A stretch of DNA of 64,000 bases. Origin: Octopus vulgaris (Eukaryota). Of the stretch, positions 41,865 through 55,413 are shown piece after piece (position 1 is the first letter of the stretch; each line of letters opens with the position of its first letter). Below the pieces are notes generated by a model. It saw only the letters and a program-made list of their open reading frames with translations, was not told the origin of the DNA and did no database searches. The position numbers and the translations under genes are program-made. Location: the NCBI GenBank assembly GCA_951406725.2, contig OX597820.1:67642001-67706000 (forward strand), read 5' to 3'.

Positions 41865-42265
41865 TATTGCTCTAGCCGTTCGTGAATGGCTAAATACCCA
41901 CTTCCTCAGGAGATGGACTGGTCATCGTGGTCCGCATGAGTGGCTAGCCAGGAGACTCGATTTAACATTCTTTGGGGTTGGCGAAATGAACAAGTCTACC
42001 ATACCAAACCAAAGACTTTGGTAGAACTTGAAGGGCGAATACGAGAATTTATATGTCCTTCATCCCATCATAGTGCCTGGTGAAACCAGTTGACGCAATT
42101 CCGAGGCGATTCAAGAAGCTGGTGGCAACATCAGGGGGCCCATATCGAATTTTGGATAAAACTTCATGCTAAAAGCTTCCTCTCATATCCAATTTTTGTA
42201 AAACTTACAATTAATAAATAATTGATAAGTATTTTAAACTGAGGAGTTACTTTTCAATCACCCAG
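41865..42265 (+). mobile_element. Tc1/mariner-superfamily transposase 3' fragment plus TIR
   Basis: VREWLNTHFLRRWTGHRGPHEWLARRLDLT (decayed WPARSPDLT)...KPKTLVELEGRI...GGHIEF; terminus ...aatcacccag-TA. Confidence 0.82.
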
Positions 42266-42317
<52 letters not shown>

Positions 42318-42425
42318 CAAGTGTGTGTCTATGTCTGTGTGTGTTTGTTTGTGTTTGTGTATGTATAACCACACATGTATTTTAGGATTTCACTTAGATA
42401 CATATATATGTGAGTATGTTATCTG

Positions 42426-42528
<103 letters not shown>

Positions 42529-44233
42529 GTCTATCTATCTATGTATGTATGTCTGTCTGCCTATCTGTTTGTCTGTCTATCTATTTATACAACATAGTTT
42601 ATTAACAAGTCAAAAATGTGTAGCCTTTAATTTTCTTTGTTTTAAATCTAATGCTAACTGAATTTTCTAATTTTTCCAACTGATATTTTAGGCAAGATGT
42701 TCAATTAACTAAACATCAGCTAGTGTGATGTGATGTCCTTAAGGCAGTCGATTTTTCTCAACTTTCGTTTCGAACAGAAGAGTTTCTTGCATGAAGCAAC
42801 AGAAATATAAATGAACTTCTGGCGTTTTGTCTTGTCAGCATAGTTTCATCATGATTCAGAAAACGTAAGAAAAGAAATACTAGATTTGAAGAGGCATTCG
42901 TGTCTGTCATTTTCCCTTTCAGCCATCATCGATGGAATAAAAAACAAAAAAAGCTAAAAAACAAAAACAAAAAGAAAACATTAATAAATAAAATATAACG
43001 TTCATGATTCTACAATTGTTGTAAACTGTCTTTAGTGAACCCACCCTCGCCTTTCCTTTCGCTATAACGACTTAGTGCTTGTTGTTCACAACATCTCTTC
43101 CTGTCCCCCTCTTTCATCCACGTTTGATGGACTCAGTTTCTTTACTAGCCTGAAACATTTCATGATCTTTCAATGGTACTGTTCTATAATTACTTCACGT
43201 AGAATCCCATGCTTGCTCCTTAGAAACCCTAAACATCCATGCTGTCTTGTCTCACTAAATTGGATCAGTTCCCCAAGGACGTTACTGCCGAAGATCATTG
43301 CAGCTTACACCAAAATTTTTGATGAGAACACCATTGCCTTCGGTAAACAACAGAAAGATAAAGAAACAGTATAATGCAACCGAAACACAGCCTTTCATTC
43401 GTAGTTACATATGCCCCAAATCCTCTCATAAAAAAGATATGCACGTATGCATTATACAATTACGTGAATACATACACGCGTATTTAGACGCATACATACA
43501 GTTTAATGAAAAATGCATGCACTAGTAAGGGATAATGGTACAGAGGTCTATATGCTGATCTAAGAAATATATAAAAATAAAAAACAAAAAATAAAAACCA
43601 AAACAAACATGGCTAACAACAACAACAACAACTGCAAAAACAATAACAAAAAATGTAACAAATTAAACATACAAGAATAAAATCTTTTTTATTTGTGTAT
43701 TTTTTTTTTATGCCGGACATTTAGAAAACTGAACTGTGCTAAAGTTTTTTTCCGAGGGCACGAAAGTTCGAATAAGAGGGGGGAAACTTACTTAATAAAG
43801 GAAACAAGGAGTTTGTTTATTGAGATTAATATATTGACATGCGGGTAACTGTATTAAGTTATATGTGAATGTCTGTAGGTCTATTTGTAGATGTGTGTGT
43901 CTATATATGTTTCTTTCTTAACACATCTATCTGCATATATATAATATGCATATATACATATAATACGTGTGTGCCTATATATATATATACATATTTATGT
44001 ATATTCTTATACACACGCGCTCACAGTTTTATGGTTTCGCCTCTGATGCAAATTGCAGTTCAGCAATGAAAAAAAAATGTTAAAGTACTCCGTACTCTTA
44101 GAGGTAGAGTGAGATCTATTCAGAGTTGAGAGTGAGCGAGTTTCGTAGAGTTTCTCGATCCTGCTTCTCGCTCGAAGACCGAGAAAGAAAAACTTCGTTT
44201 TGGGACTCAAAGTACTTGTGAGTGTTCGTATAT

Positions 44234-44337
<104 letters not shown>

Positions 44338-44452
44338 ATATATGTATATATATGTATATATATATGTATGTATATATATATGTATATATATGTATGTATA
44401 TATATGTATATAGGTATGTATATATATATATATACATATATATATACATATA

Positions 44453-44484
<32 letters not shown>

Positions 44485-44502
44485 ATTATATGTATATATA
44501 TG

Positions 44503-44538
<36 letters not shown>

Positions 44539-44548
44539 TATATATATA

Positions 44549-44619
<71 letters not shown>

Positions 44620-44744
44620 TCAGTGAGAGAGACAGAGACAGCGAGGAGGTAGATAGACAAATGAATACATTGAAACACTATGAAGTTTCAATGGAAAATG
44701 CACACATATGCTTACAAACATATAAATATATATGCGTGTTTGTG

Positions 44745-44795
<51 letters not shown>

Positions 44796-44797
44796 CA

Positions 44798-45207
44798 CTC
44801 TTTTTTTCTTTTTATTTGTTTCAGTCATTTGACAGCAGCCATGCTGGGGCACCGCCTTTAGTTGAGCAAATCGACCCCAGGACTTATTCTTTGTAAGCCT
44901 AGTACTTATTGTATCGGTATCTTTACGGGGGACGTAAACACACCACCATCAGCTGACAAGCGATGTTGGAGGGGCAAACACAGACACACAAACATACACA
45001 AACTCACACACACACACAGACTTACACACAGACACACATACACACACATATATATATATACGACGAGCGTCTTTCAGTTTCCGTCTACCAAATCCACCCA
45101 AAAGGTTTTTATCATCTCGAGGTTATAGTAGAAGACACTTGACCACGGTGCCTCGCAGTGGTACTGAACCTGGAACCATGTGGTTGGTAAACTAGCTACT
45201 TACCACA
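44798..45207 (-). mobile_element. Family A SINE
   Basis: Reverse-complement match with an internal (CA)n tract. Confidence 0.88.
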
Positions 45208-45275
45208 CGATATTTTTCTGTTCCTCACTATATGTCTTCGTGCGTTACGTTTTTAATATTAACTACAGGAAAGAG

Positions 45276-45478
45276 GGCGAGCTAGCAGAATCGTTAGCGA
45301 CGCGGGCCTAATACTTAGCGGCATTTCGTTCGTCTTCATGTTCTGAGTTCAAATTCCGCCGATGTCTACTTTACCTTTCGGGGTCGATAAAATAAGTACC
45401 GGTTGAACACTGGAGGTCAATGTAATCAACTTGCCCTTTCCCCAAAATTACTGACTTTGTGACAAAATTTGAACCAAT
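45276..45478 (+). mobile_element. Family B SINE
   Basis: gggcgagctagcagaatcgttagc...gagttcaaattccgcc...ggggtcgataaaataagtacc. Confidence 0.87.
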
Positions 45479-45902
45479 ATAAACTACGGAACGAAATCGA
45501 GGTTATGTTTCCTATCTTAAAGGGAAACAGTTTATAATATTGCGTTTTCTAAAATCCTAAATATAAAAGCAAATCGGCGACATTATCCAAACACCCAGAA
45601 CTATGGAACGAAATCGAAGACATAAATGAAACCTTGAACACAATAAAACCATGGGAGGTTTTATAAATTTATATAAAAAATTAAAAATAAATTATTAAAA
45701 CAGTGGAATTTCCACGGGTGTCATTGGCTTTTTCGAACATGTACTATGCCACAGGTATTTGCATTATTAAAACTTGCTAACATCTTGATTTATAATATTT
45801 ACTGGTTTTACTCAAATAACAACGTACGCTGAGACAAAGCCACACATATTTTTCCTTCAGTCAGTAACTGAACCCATCAAAAGGTGACTATCTTCCCTGC
45901 TG

Positions 45903-46059
45903 TTTCTTCTTCTTCTTCTTCTTCTTCTTCTTCTTCTTCTTCTTCTTCTTCTTCTTCTTCTCCTCCTCCTCCTCCTTCTTCTTCTTCTTCTTCTTCTTCT
46001 TCTTCTTCTTCTTCTTCTTCTTCTTCTTCTTCTTCTTCTTCTTCTTCTTCTTCTTCTTC
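45903..46059. repeat. (TTC)n/(TCC)n homopurine-homopyrimidine tract
   Basis: Direct inspection. Confidence 0.97.
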
Positions 46060-46399
46060 CAATCAGGACTCACGCCATTAGCCGCAAAGAATAATCTCTA
46101 ATTCGAGCCTACTCTAAGCTACTAAGAATGCGTGTGGCCATTTGAAGAACAACCCACCACACGCGATAGACTGGCGGTTGCACGGGTGCGAAAGCTACGT
46201 TATTATCCTCATTCCGTAAACGGTGGCTTTTTAACGGGTGGAGAGCTGAACCATCCTGGGGTACAGAGGATTCGCAATCTAAACTAGGGTCTGAAAGTTT
46301 GCCACACCATAGTGGGTTACACCATGGTTCCTCTGCTTTTCCATGGCGACGCTATCTCTCTGCTGCCCTCACACTGTCTCGTCTCCTTCACTATATTAT

Positions 46400-46895
46400 T
46401 ACCCACTTCCCTGAATTGCTGATCTTGTGCCAAAGTTTGAAACCAAAATAATAGTACAAGGCCAGAAATTTCGGGAAAGCCGTTAGTCAATTACATCGAC
46501 CCCAGAGTTCAACTGGTACTTATTTTATCAACCTCGAAAGGATGAAAGGCAAAGTCGACCTCGACGGAATTTGAACTCAAAATCTCGTTCGTCTTTACAC
46601 TCCATCTTTACATTCCGCCGAAGTGGACTTTCCCCTTCATCCATTTTGGAGGTCAATAAAACTTGACCAGTTGCCCACTAGGATCGATGTAATAATCGAT
46701 TATTATTAGTTCCTTCCCTCCAAATTTCAAGTATTGTGCTTATAGTAGAATGATTATTAAGGCGGCGAACTAGCATAATCGTGACCATGCCGTGCAACGA
46801 GCTTAGCGGCATTTCTTGGGGCTTAACGTTCTAAGTCGAATTTTCGACTTACTCTTCCGCGCAATATTTCAGGCCTTGTGTCTACTGTTGGAAGG

Positions 46896-46945
<50 letters not shown>

Positions 46946-46948
46946 TAC

Positions 46949-46996
<48 letters not shown>

Positions 46997-47418
46997 TACT
47001 ACTACTACTATTATTATTATTATTATTATTGTTGTTGTTGTTGCTGTTGTTATTGTTGTTGTTGTTGTTATACTTGTTATTATTATTACCATTATTATTG
47101 TTATTATTATCACTATTATTACTGTTGTTGTTATTATTATTATTACTATTATTGTTGTTGTTGTTATTATTACCATTATTATTGTTGTTGTTGTTATTAT
47201 TAAGTCACCGAGCTGGTAGAATCGTTAGCTCGTTCGTCAAAAATGCTTAGCGGCTTTTCGTTCGTTCTTACGTTCCGAGTTCAAATTCTGCCGGGATTGA
47301 CTTTGTCTTTCATCCTTTCGGGGGTCGATAAAATAAGTACCAGTTGAATATTGGGGGTTGATGTAATTGACTGTCCCCCTCCCTACAATTTCAGTCTTTG
47401 TGCTTATAATAGAAAGGA
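46400..47418. mobile_element. Mosaic of family B SINE fragments on both strands around a (TTA/GTT)n tract (46896-47200)
   Basis: At least four partial copies plus one complete copy at 47205-47418. Confidence 0.8.
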
Positions 47419-47445
47419 TTATTATTATTACTATTATTATTATTA

Positions 47446-47504
<59 letters not shown>

Positions 47505-49278
47505 GCAATGATTAAATAGAATACAGTTGTTTAATCAGTTACGGAAGCTTCCTTTCTTACTTAAGTGGAAGAATGAATGATATGTAGTACTCTGTTGGAT
47601 TGGAATCCCTTGAAGCCTTCATCATTACGTAAAGTGTATACGGTTAGTTAGTTTGGCAGAGCCTTTTATTCTTCAAGTTAAATCCTTAGTGTACCTACAC
47701 AATGAACTCAGCTATGCATGTTATTGAAATGTTCATTAATTGTGTAGTGTTATTGTTGCTTATAGCGGTTTCATAAATTATAGTGTAGAAACGTGACGAA
47801 ATAGGCACCCCTAAACATTTGGCCAGTAGGCAGACACTTTCTCTAGAATCGGGAAACTGCTACCTTTATTGTTTTACAGAACAGGAACCACACAAATATG
47901 TTTTGTGACAGCTTAATTTACATCAGAATATATAATATATAGTTATCTTTGTTTTACGTCATAGAAGCAAAAAAATATTTCATTTGTATTACATAACAAC
48001 CGCAATGATATTTGGGTCTATTGAAACGTATTCATCATCGGAAGTTAGATCCGACAGCAGTGGAAATACCGCCTAGATGTACATATTTAACTGGTTTTTC
48101 GGAACACTTTATCAAATTAACAAGAGAACCATGACACATTTTCAAATCCATATTGTACGTTCGTGCCTCCTCTCTCTGAGCATCACTATACTGCTTTGAT
48201 TGACCAATTTTCACCCTTTGGCCTGAAGGAGGCTCATTTCAGTGACAGGCTATTATAACCAGATCTATTCATAATATCTCATTGCTTTATCAAAGTTTTT
48301 GCATAACAATTATTACTTTTAATTAATAATTACCCGTGATTATAACTATCGTTCTTTTTTCTTTTCTATTTCATAGACGTCTCCTTCATCCAACGCGCAG
48401 CTAAAATTACACTTCTATTGCTATTTAAGATTTTTTCCCCTTATCCTCAAGCCACCCGCGTTTTTATTGTTGTATTCAAATTTCATAATAATTGCCAACT
48501 AATAGTGGCTGTCATTTGGACACACTTTTTGTATTGTTAAACCTTTTATTTATTTTATTTATATTTTCTTATTATTCCAGTCTGTCTATATTTCAGTTTT
48601 ATCTACCTTGTATTAATTATATTTACATGTATCACATATCAAATCATTGTAAAAATTTCTTACCTTGTAGTGTTAGAAACAAACAAACTAAGGTAGTTTC
48701 CTATTATCGACAGTATTTTTTTTGTTATTTACTAAAAGATTAATAAGTAAACTATTACTCTTATCTGACGGGTGTCATAAGAGAGATTGGCGGACTTTTG
48801 GAAAGCTTTCGTTACCTCATGGACAAAGAAAAGGGAACAGAATTGAGTTCGTGTTTTAAGAGTTTGTTTACAAATATTATAGTAGATAAAAAATTAGCTG
48901 TTGGTAATAGAAATGTATAGAAACGATTTTTCTTTTAAAAGAAAATGTTCAGATCTAATTTTTTTTATCTTGGACTATTAAAATCGAACGATCGATCGAC
49001 AGATAAATAGTAGATAGACAGAAAGAGGGATATATATTTATAGATGTGAACGCAAATGAATCTGGCAGGTAACTTCTGACTTGAGGATTCTTCGGAATGA
49101 AAATGTCACCAGTTAGTATTACGTAGTCATATGACCCACAACAAATAACATCCAATTCTCCCTCGAATAATACTTTACTGTTTTAAATCAAATATAGTTA
49201 CTCTTGAATGAAGGGTAAAATTTCACCAGCCAGTAGAAATATATCAAACGTAAAATGAAGAAACTTCTATACGCAAGC

Positions 49279-49339
<61 letters not shown>

Positions 49340-49340
<1 letters not shown>

Positions 49341-49490
49341 GTACTTTTATTTTTATAGCGTGCTTTCACTTCACTACCGAGCGCAGCTCTGTGTGCCTTA
49401 GGTATGTGCTGTGATTTGTTGTGATGCTCTGATGGTTATTGTATGGAAAGTGTTCTGCGTAGGATGTGTGCAGTGCCTAGTAGTGCAAAT
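49340..49490 (-). mobile_element. R4/Dong-like non-LTR retrotransposon 3' end in (TAA)n
   Basis: The minus strand encodes ALLGTAHILRRTLSIQ*, the typical C-terminus of restriction-like-endonuclease R4/Dong elements, followed by a short UTR and (TAA)n. Confidence 0.8.
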
Positions 49491-49498
49491 TATTATTA

Positions 49499-49559
<61 letters not shown>

Positions 49560-49560
<1 letters not shown>

Positions 49561-50054
49561 GAGTGAGAGAGCAGCGCATACCATCAAAGTGGCACTGAGG
49601 CAGAAATATACGAAGCCCAATATATCCATCATGACTACCCGTCCTATAAGGGTACATCAGGCTCATGAATCACAGCATATGTGCGCAACATGGTGATCTC
49701 ATATGAATTTTCTTCTGGTTGAGTAGCTCATCGCGCTCAAAAGGTCATTGAATAAGGTTTCTTTAAAGGTGGTGAGCAAAACAACCCTGTTTCCAGAGGT
49801 TAATTATTGAAACTCGACAAAATTCTTCTCAACACGTGGCTATGATGCTCCCCCACTACTCCTTCTCGCGATCAGAAATGCACGTATCGTCAGCTACTAA
49901 GGGACATGCTCAACTGGTTATGGTGAAACAACTAACGAGAAAACCTGCGGTATTGAGCCGAATATTTGCTGTAGCCTTTCTTTTATACCAAGACAAAACA
50001 ATGTACTTGATAACACTTCCAATCAATTAAGTTCAAAATCTATGAGAGCCACTA
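49560..50054 (-). mobile_element. Second, older copy of the (TAA)n-inserted element at 25239-25797
   Basis: Colinear reverse-complement similarity with an internal deletion. Confidence 0.85.
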
Positions 50055-50086
<32 letters not shown>

Positions 50087-50196
50087 TTTTTTTTTTTTCT
50101 TCTTTCAAATTTTCTTCCATTTCTTGCCGAGTGTCTTCCCGACTCCTAGGGCAAAGAAACTCATAGTGTATATTGGTAGGCCATTAAACCAAACTC

Positions 50197-50244
<48 letters not shown>

Positions 50245-50679
50245 CATTATTATTATTATTATTTTAGGAATAGCAGTCAGGCCTCTTTCAGTTACATTGG
50301 ACCTAGTAGTGTCTGCGATATATTACTTTGCGTAGTCTCTGGTATACATTGGCTTATTAACCCCTAGATTCATCAAGAACTTTAATCACAAATTTGAGGT
50401 GTGTATTTGTGTGTGGTGTGTTCCATGCGGTGTTATAGTAAATTAGATTAAGCAAAATATCTGCGGGTATTTATTATTTTATCGATATCCAAAATGATTT
50501 GAACGCAGAACGTAAAGGGACACAACTAACATAACTCCGACAATATGTTGACCGCTGCTCTACTGATCAGTTAATCTGCTGCTTTAAAAGGTTAAATTTA
50601 TCATATCTGGAACAATTACTTCAACTATTCCCAATTGTTTTGCTTTATTATTGAGTTGAGTAAGTAAGAAATTTATTTA

Positions 50680-51169
50680 CCGTAAATCCTCGAGTATAGT
50701 CCGCCCTTGACCTCTGAAAACCTAAACCTTGTGTATAATACGCACTCCTTCTCTAACTTGAGTCAAGGAGGTCTATATAACGTCCTTGGTTTGTGAAAAT
50801 GTATACGGTAATGTCCCTTATTATTATTATTGTATATATAAGATAATGTAAACGTGTAGCTTTTTTGTGCATTTTGTTTACAGAAAATAAAAAAATAACA
50901 GTAATAACAGCAATAATGTTTAATAAATGTTGCTTATTGCAAGTTATGGACGATTCTTTTATGACTTCATAGTTTTCAGGCTTAGCTTAAGGTATTTTCG
51001 TGCTCGACATCACAAAATGAGTCTGAATAAACATTGCCGGACAGCAAATAGAGACTCGGACATGGTTTAGAAAATAGTTTTCATTTTTAACCTCGTATAT
51101 AGTACACACTAGGGATTTTGATCTTTAAATTTTGGGAAAAAAATGCGGATTATACTCGAGGATTTACGG
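50680..51169. mobile_element. Tc2/pogo-like MITE
   Basis: TIRs ccgtaaatcctcgagtata(g/a)tccgc, with TA TSD on both sides. Confidence 0.9.
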
Positions 51170-51546
51170 TATTTTAAATTTAATGTTAATATTTAAAAAA
51201 AATGTTGCTCAAGCCATCAATGTGCTTGATTTTCAGTAAAATCTCCTGCATTCATTAATATCATGCTAATGAGGAAGCCTCTACGATGTCACTCAACCTT
51301 CTAAAAATAATTAACAAATCTTCTTCCTCTCACGGATCACAATCATATATAGAAGAATACAACAGACAATATAATCCCTCCTGGAACGCCTTTCATCATA
51401 GGTATAATTGATTCCAGTATTTATTATAATAATCACAAACGTTATATCTGACTACTACTGGTGCTTGCAAGGAGTTACTCACGCAAAGCAGTATACAGGT
51501 GATACACTCCTGGAGTAGCCGAGGCTCTAGTTTGACAGAAATATCT

Positions 51547-51850
51547 ATCCTAAGATGTGTAATTAAATATTTTTGTGTAATATATTTGTCAAACAATAAA
51601 AAGTACTATTTAGTTTGCGTTCGTTTCTCAGTTTCAGTATTGCATTTAATGGCAAAATTGGTAAAATATGAATTCTTGTTTAAAGTTGATGTGATACTAT
51701 CCTAAGATGTGTAATTAAATATTTTTGTGTAATATATTTGTCAAACAATAAAAAGTACTATTTAGTTTGCGTTCATTTCTCAGTTTCAGTATTGCATTTA
51801 ATGGCAAAATTGGTAAAATATGAATTCTTGTTTAAAGTTGATGTGATACT
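51547..51850 (+). repeat. Tandem duplication of a 152-bp unique unit
   Basis: 51547-51698 and 51699-51850 differ by one substitution. Confidence 0.95.
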
Positions 51851-52039
51851 TTCTCTTTACTCTTTTACTTGTTTCAGTCATTTGACTATGGCTGTGCTGG
51901 AGCAAATCGACCCCAGGATTTATTCTTTGTAAGCCTAGTACTTATTCTATCGGTCTCTTTTGCCGAACCGCTAAGTTACGGTGACGTAAACACACCGGCA
52001 TCGATTGTTAAGCGATGTTGGGGGATAAACACAGACACA

Positions 52040-52109
<70 letters not shown>

Positions 52110-52280
52110 CATATATACGACGGGCTTCTTTCAGTTTCCGTCTACCAAATCCACTCACAAGGCTTTGGTCGGCCCAAGGTTATAGTGGAAGACACTTGCC
52201 CAAGGTGTCACGCAGTGGGACTGAACCCGGAACCATGTGGTTGGTAAGCAAGCTACTTACCACACAGCCACTCCTTCGCC
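51851..52280 (-). mobile_element. Family A SINE
   Basis: Full-length reverse complement with a small internal deletion. Confidence 0.92.
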
Positions 52281-52460
52281 TGATAGGAAAATTTTGGAGA
52301 GTATTTCTGAACCAAGCACCACAAAATTAGGTAGGACTAATTGTAAAAAGAAGACAACTAAAAATTTTTTCCCACATGCTCCCCAGTGTTATTTATAAAA
52401 TAAAAACAACTGACCAGCCCTATTACTCATGGATAAACAATACAATTGTGCTTATTCAGA

Positions 52461-52700
52461 ATGACCGACCAGGCTTTCAGATGTTGTTACACATCGGTGG
52501 TCACAATGCGGTTTTGTATTGTTTTAGCCTTGAAATGACACCAACCTGTTGGCTAGGTAAGCAGGCCAACATTCTACCCTTATCATAAGGAGGACTGAAG
52601 CAATGCGAAACGAAGTGTTTTGCTCAAGAACACAATGCGACGCCCTGTCAGAGAATTGAACCCATGATCTAGCGATTGTGAGTGCAACAGCCTAACCATT
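52461..52700 (-). mobile_element. tRNA-derived SINE (family C head and core, third tail type)
   Basis: aagtgttttgctcaagaacacaatgcg...gaattgaaccc...cctaacc. Confidence 0.78.
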
Positions 52701-52868
52701 CTATTCAGCTGTAGACAAAAATAAAACAACAACAAAACTTGACTTAGAAGAAAACTGACTGTAGTTTTGAAATCAGCATGCCAGTTTTATTCTAAATCGA
52801 GCGAAAAAGCAATCCCAACAGAAATTATGGATAAAATAGTTCCCCTGCATTATTATTATTATTATTAA

Positions 52869-53261
52869 CCCTTTGAATCCTATGTGCCCATCTTGACATG
52901 ACCTCAACTCTGAGCTTCCCGTGAAAATTTGCAAAAAATTCAGTTATGATTTATTTTTATCCATGTGCTAGTTTTTTGTTGTTGTTTTTGATAAGCATGC
53001 CAATAAAATACCTATTTCATGTTATTTATATTATTTTCTCACCTCTACCTATAAAATTGAACTTTAGCGTGCAAACAAATATACTAAAAAACTGTAATTT
53101 AAGTCTAAAAATGTCTCGAAGCTTCCTCCCAGTAGTTAAGCCGTGAATAGAAGTATAAACAGCAATGTAAAACGGCCTATTATCGGTTGAATAGTTAGCG
53201 ATCTAGCGGGTATATATACTATACGTTCAGGCCGGAAAACCGGCCTGGCAGGTTCAAAAGG
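52869..53261. mobile_element. piggyBac-like MITE
   Basis: TTAA-ccctttgaa ... ttcaaaagg-TTAA. Confidence 0.7.
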
Positions 53262-53271
53262 TTAAGTGGCA

Positions 53272-53620
53272 AAGGCAGTGAGCTAGCAAAGCCGTTAGCA
53301 CCCCGAGCTCAAAATCCGCTGAGGTCGACTTTCCTCTTTTCGGGGTCGATAAAATAAGTACCAGTAAAGTGCTGGGGTCGATGTAATAAACTTTATCTCA
53401 CCTAAAAAATTGCTGGCCCTGTGCCAAAATTTAAAACAGTTATTAAGGCGGCGAGATATCAGAATCGCAACTGCACCGGACAAAATGCATTGCAGTATTT
53501 CTCCAGCCTTTTACACTCTATGTTCAAATACCGCCGAGTTCAACTTTGCCTTAATCCTTTCGGGGTGGATAAAGTAAAGTACCAGTAAAATACTTGGATC
53601 GAAGTAATAGACTAGCCTTC
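53272..53620 (+). mobile_element. Two tandem family B SINE copies
   Basis: Two heads and two cggggtcgataaa-type central blocks. Confidence 0.8.
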
Positions 53621-54239
53621 TATTTGCTTAATGATATCATCAACCAATTATCGCTTCCTCTCTAAGTGTTCACAATAAGTGGCTTTCACTATTATTGAGT
53701 GCGAGCGCAAACGATAGGGATAAAGAAAACTAGGAGCAACCGAATGGTAAGACCGACTTTATGTTGTATCCATAACTAAAATCTAAACTAATCCGTCACC
53801 AAGCGAAAAATAGTGGTTATTTAGCCCCTAGTCACTTCTGACAGAAAAGAGACCTATAATGAAAAGCGCTTTAATCGTGACCTTTCCATCAGTTACATCC
53901 ATACCTATTTTACATATGACTACGTCATGCAATATAGTTTAACTTCCTTAAGTCGGAAGGCGGGATACTTGAGTGAGATTTGGCTACTCTTTTTAACAAG
54001 CCGAATAACCCATTGGAGGTTTCTTTGCACGGGTCGTATAATTAATTGCTATAGTCAGTTGTAGTATTGTGATAGCAGTGTTTCATTAACTTTCACTTAA
54101 TTCTGTTGAAGCTTAGCAATGAAAGAACAGAACTTTATACAGAGAAACATTCTGCTCTTATCTACGATATTCAAGGGTAATCAGAAAACTGGGTTTGTCT
54201 TGGAATTTACGATAAAATTTTACCACAGTTATAATGTGC

Positions 54240-54500
54240 TGGAGGCGCGTGGCTTAGTGGTTAGGGTGTCAGCATCATGGTCGTAAGAATGTGGTTTCGA
54301 TTTCTGGACCGGGCGACGCGTTGTGTTCTTGAACAAAACACTTCATTTCACGTTGCTCCAGTCCACTCAGCTGACAAAAATGAGTAACGCTGCGATGGAC
54401 TGGCGTCCCGTCCACCTGGGTAACTCATACGCCATTGAAACCGGGAAACCGGGCCCATGAGCCTGGCTAGGCTTTAAAAGGGCGCATTTATTTTATTTTA
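54240..54500 (+). mobile_element. Family C SINE, full length
   Basis: tggcttagtggttaggg A box, gtttcgatttc B box, CORE-like body, ctgcgatggactggcgtccc block and (TTTA) tail. Confidence 0.9.
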
Positions 54501-55089
54501 TAATATGTTGCGCTCAGCCCAAGCACGAGTACTTTAATCTGCAAAACTTGGACTTCTGCCTACGTAAGAACACATATTATTTCTAGCAATTCCTTATCAT
54601 CTTCAACAAAGTCAACTATTTTATTTGATTGAAGCAGTACACCGCTGTTTTTAATATATAACTCTTGCAGTGCAAGAGTTATATCATATACCGTATGAAG
54701 ATATACTTTAATTTGGCGTTCTCTAAAGTATATTTACTTTTCATTTGATGAAAATGCATTAAATGATTTTACTGTTTCCAGAGCCTATCAGCAACTGGAC
54801 CGAGCATCAAAGCCGACAAGAAACCTATCACAGTCAGAGGTATCATAAAAGCTATAACCCAGCGAGTGGTCTTATTGTAATAAACCTGTGTTAATAGAAG
54901 TCACCATAAAATATCCATGTGTTAATGAAGAAATTCATCAGATATACGTGTGTATATGTATGAGCGCGCTCACGAACATATATTTCTGTTTAGGTCGATA
55001 TTTAGGCTTACATATTATATATATGCTTTGATGACACACGTTCATTTTCACATATTTATATGAACGTTGATTTTTTTAGACACATACAC

Positions 55090-55122
<33 letters not shown>

Positions 55123-55128
55123 AATGTA

Positions 55129-55349
55129 CGGTAATCCCACGACTATCACGGGTGTTACGTTCCAAAACCCTCCGCGATAGGTGAAGTAGAAACAGTATTG
55201 TACAGTATATCTTTTAATTATTTTTATAATTTGTATATATTTATTTTATTATAAATGCAAAACAACACCACAGAGGAATACACGTAAGCTTAAATAATGA
55301 ACCGCGATAGTTGAACCGCGGATAGGTGAACCGCGATATGGCGAGGGAT

Positions 55350-55354
<5 letters not shown>
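55129..55354. mobile_element. Tigger/pogo-like MITE
   Basis: TIRs cggtaatcccacg / cgagggattacta, subterminal gaaccgcgata repeats and TA flanks. Confidence 0.8.

Positions 55355-55412
<58 letters not shown>

Positions 55413-55413
<1 letters not shown>

Noticed and set aside
54240-54315. tRNA-like sequences at SINE heads
   Set aside because: A and B boxes are present but no complete cloverleaf, and each continues into a SINE body.
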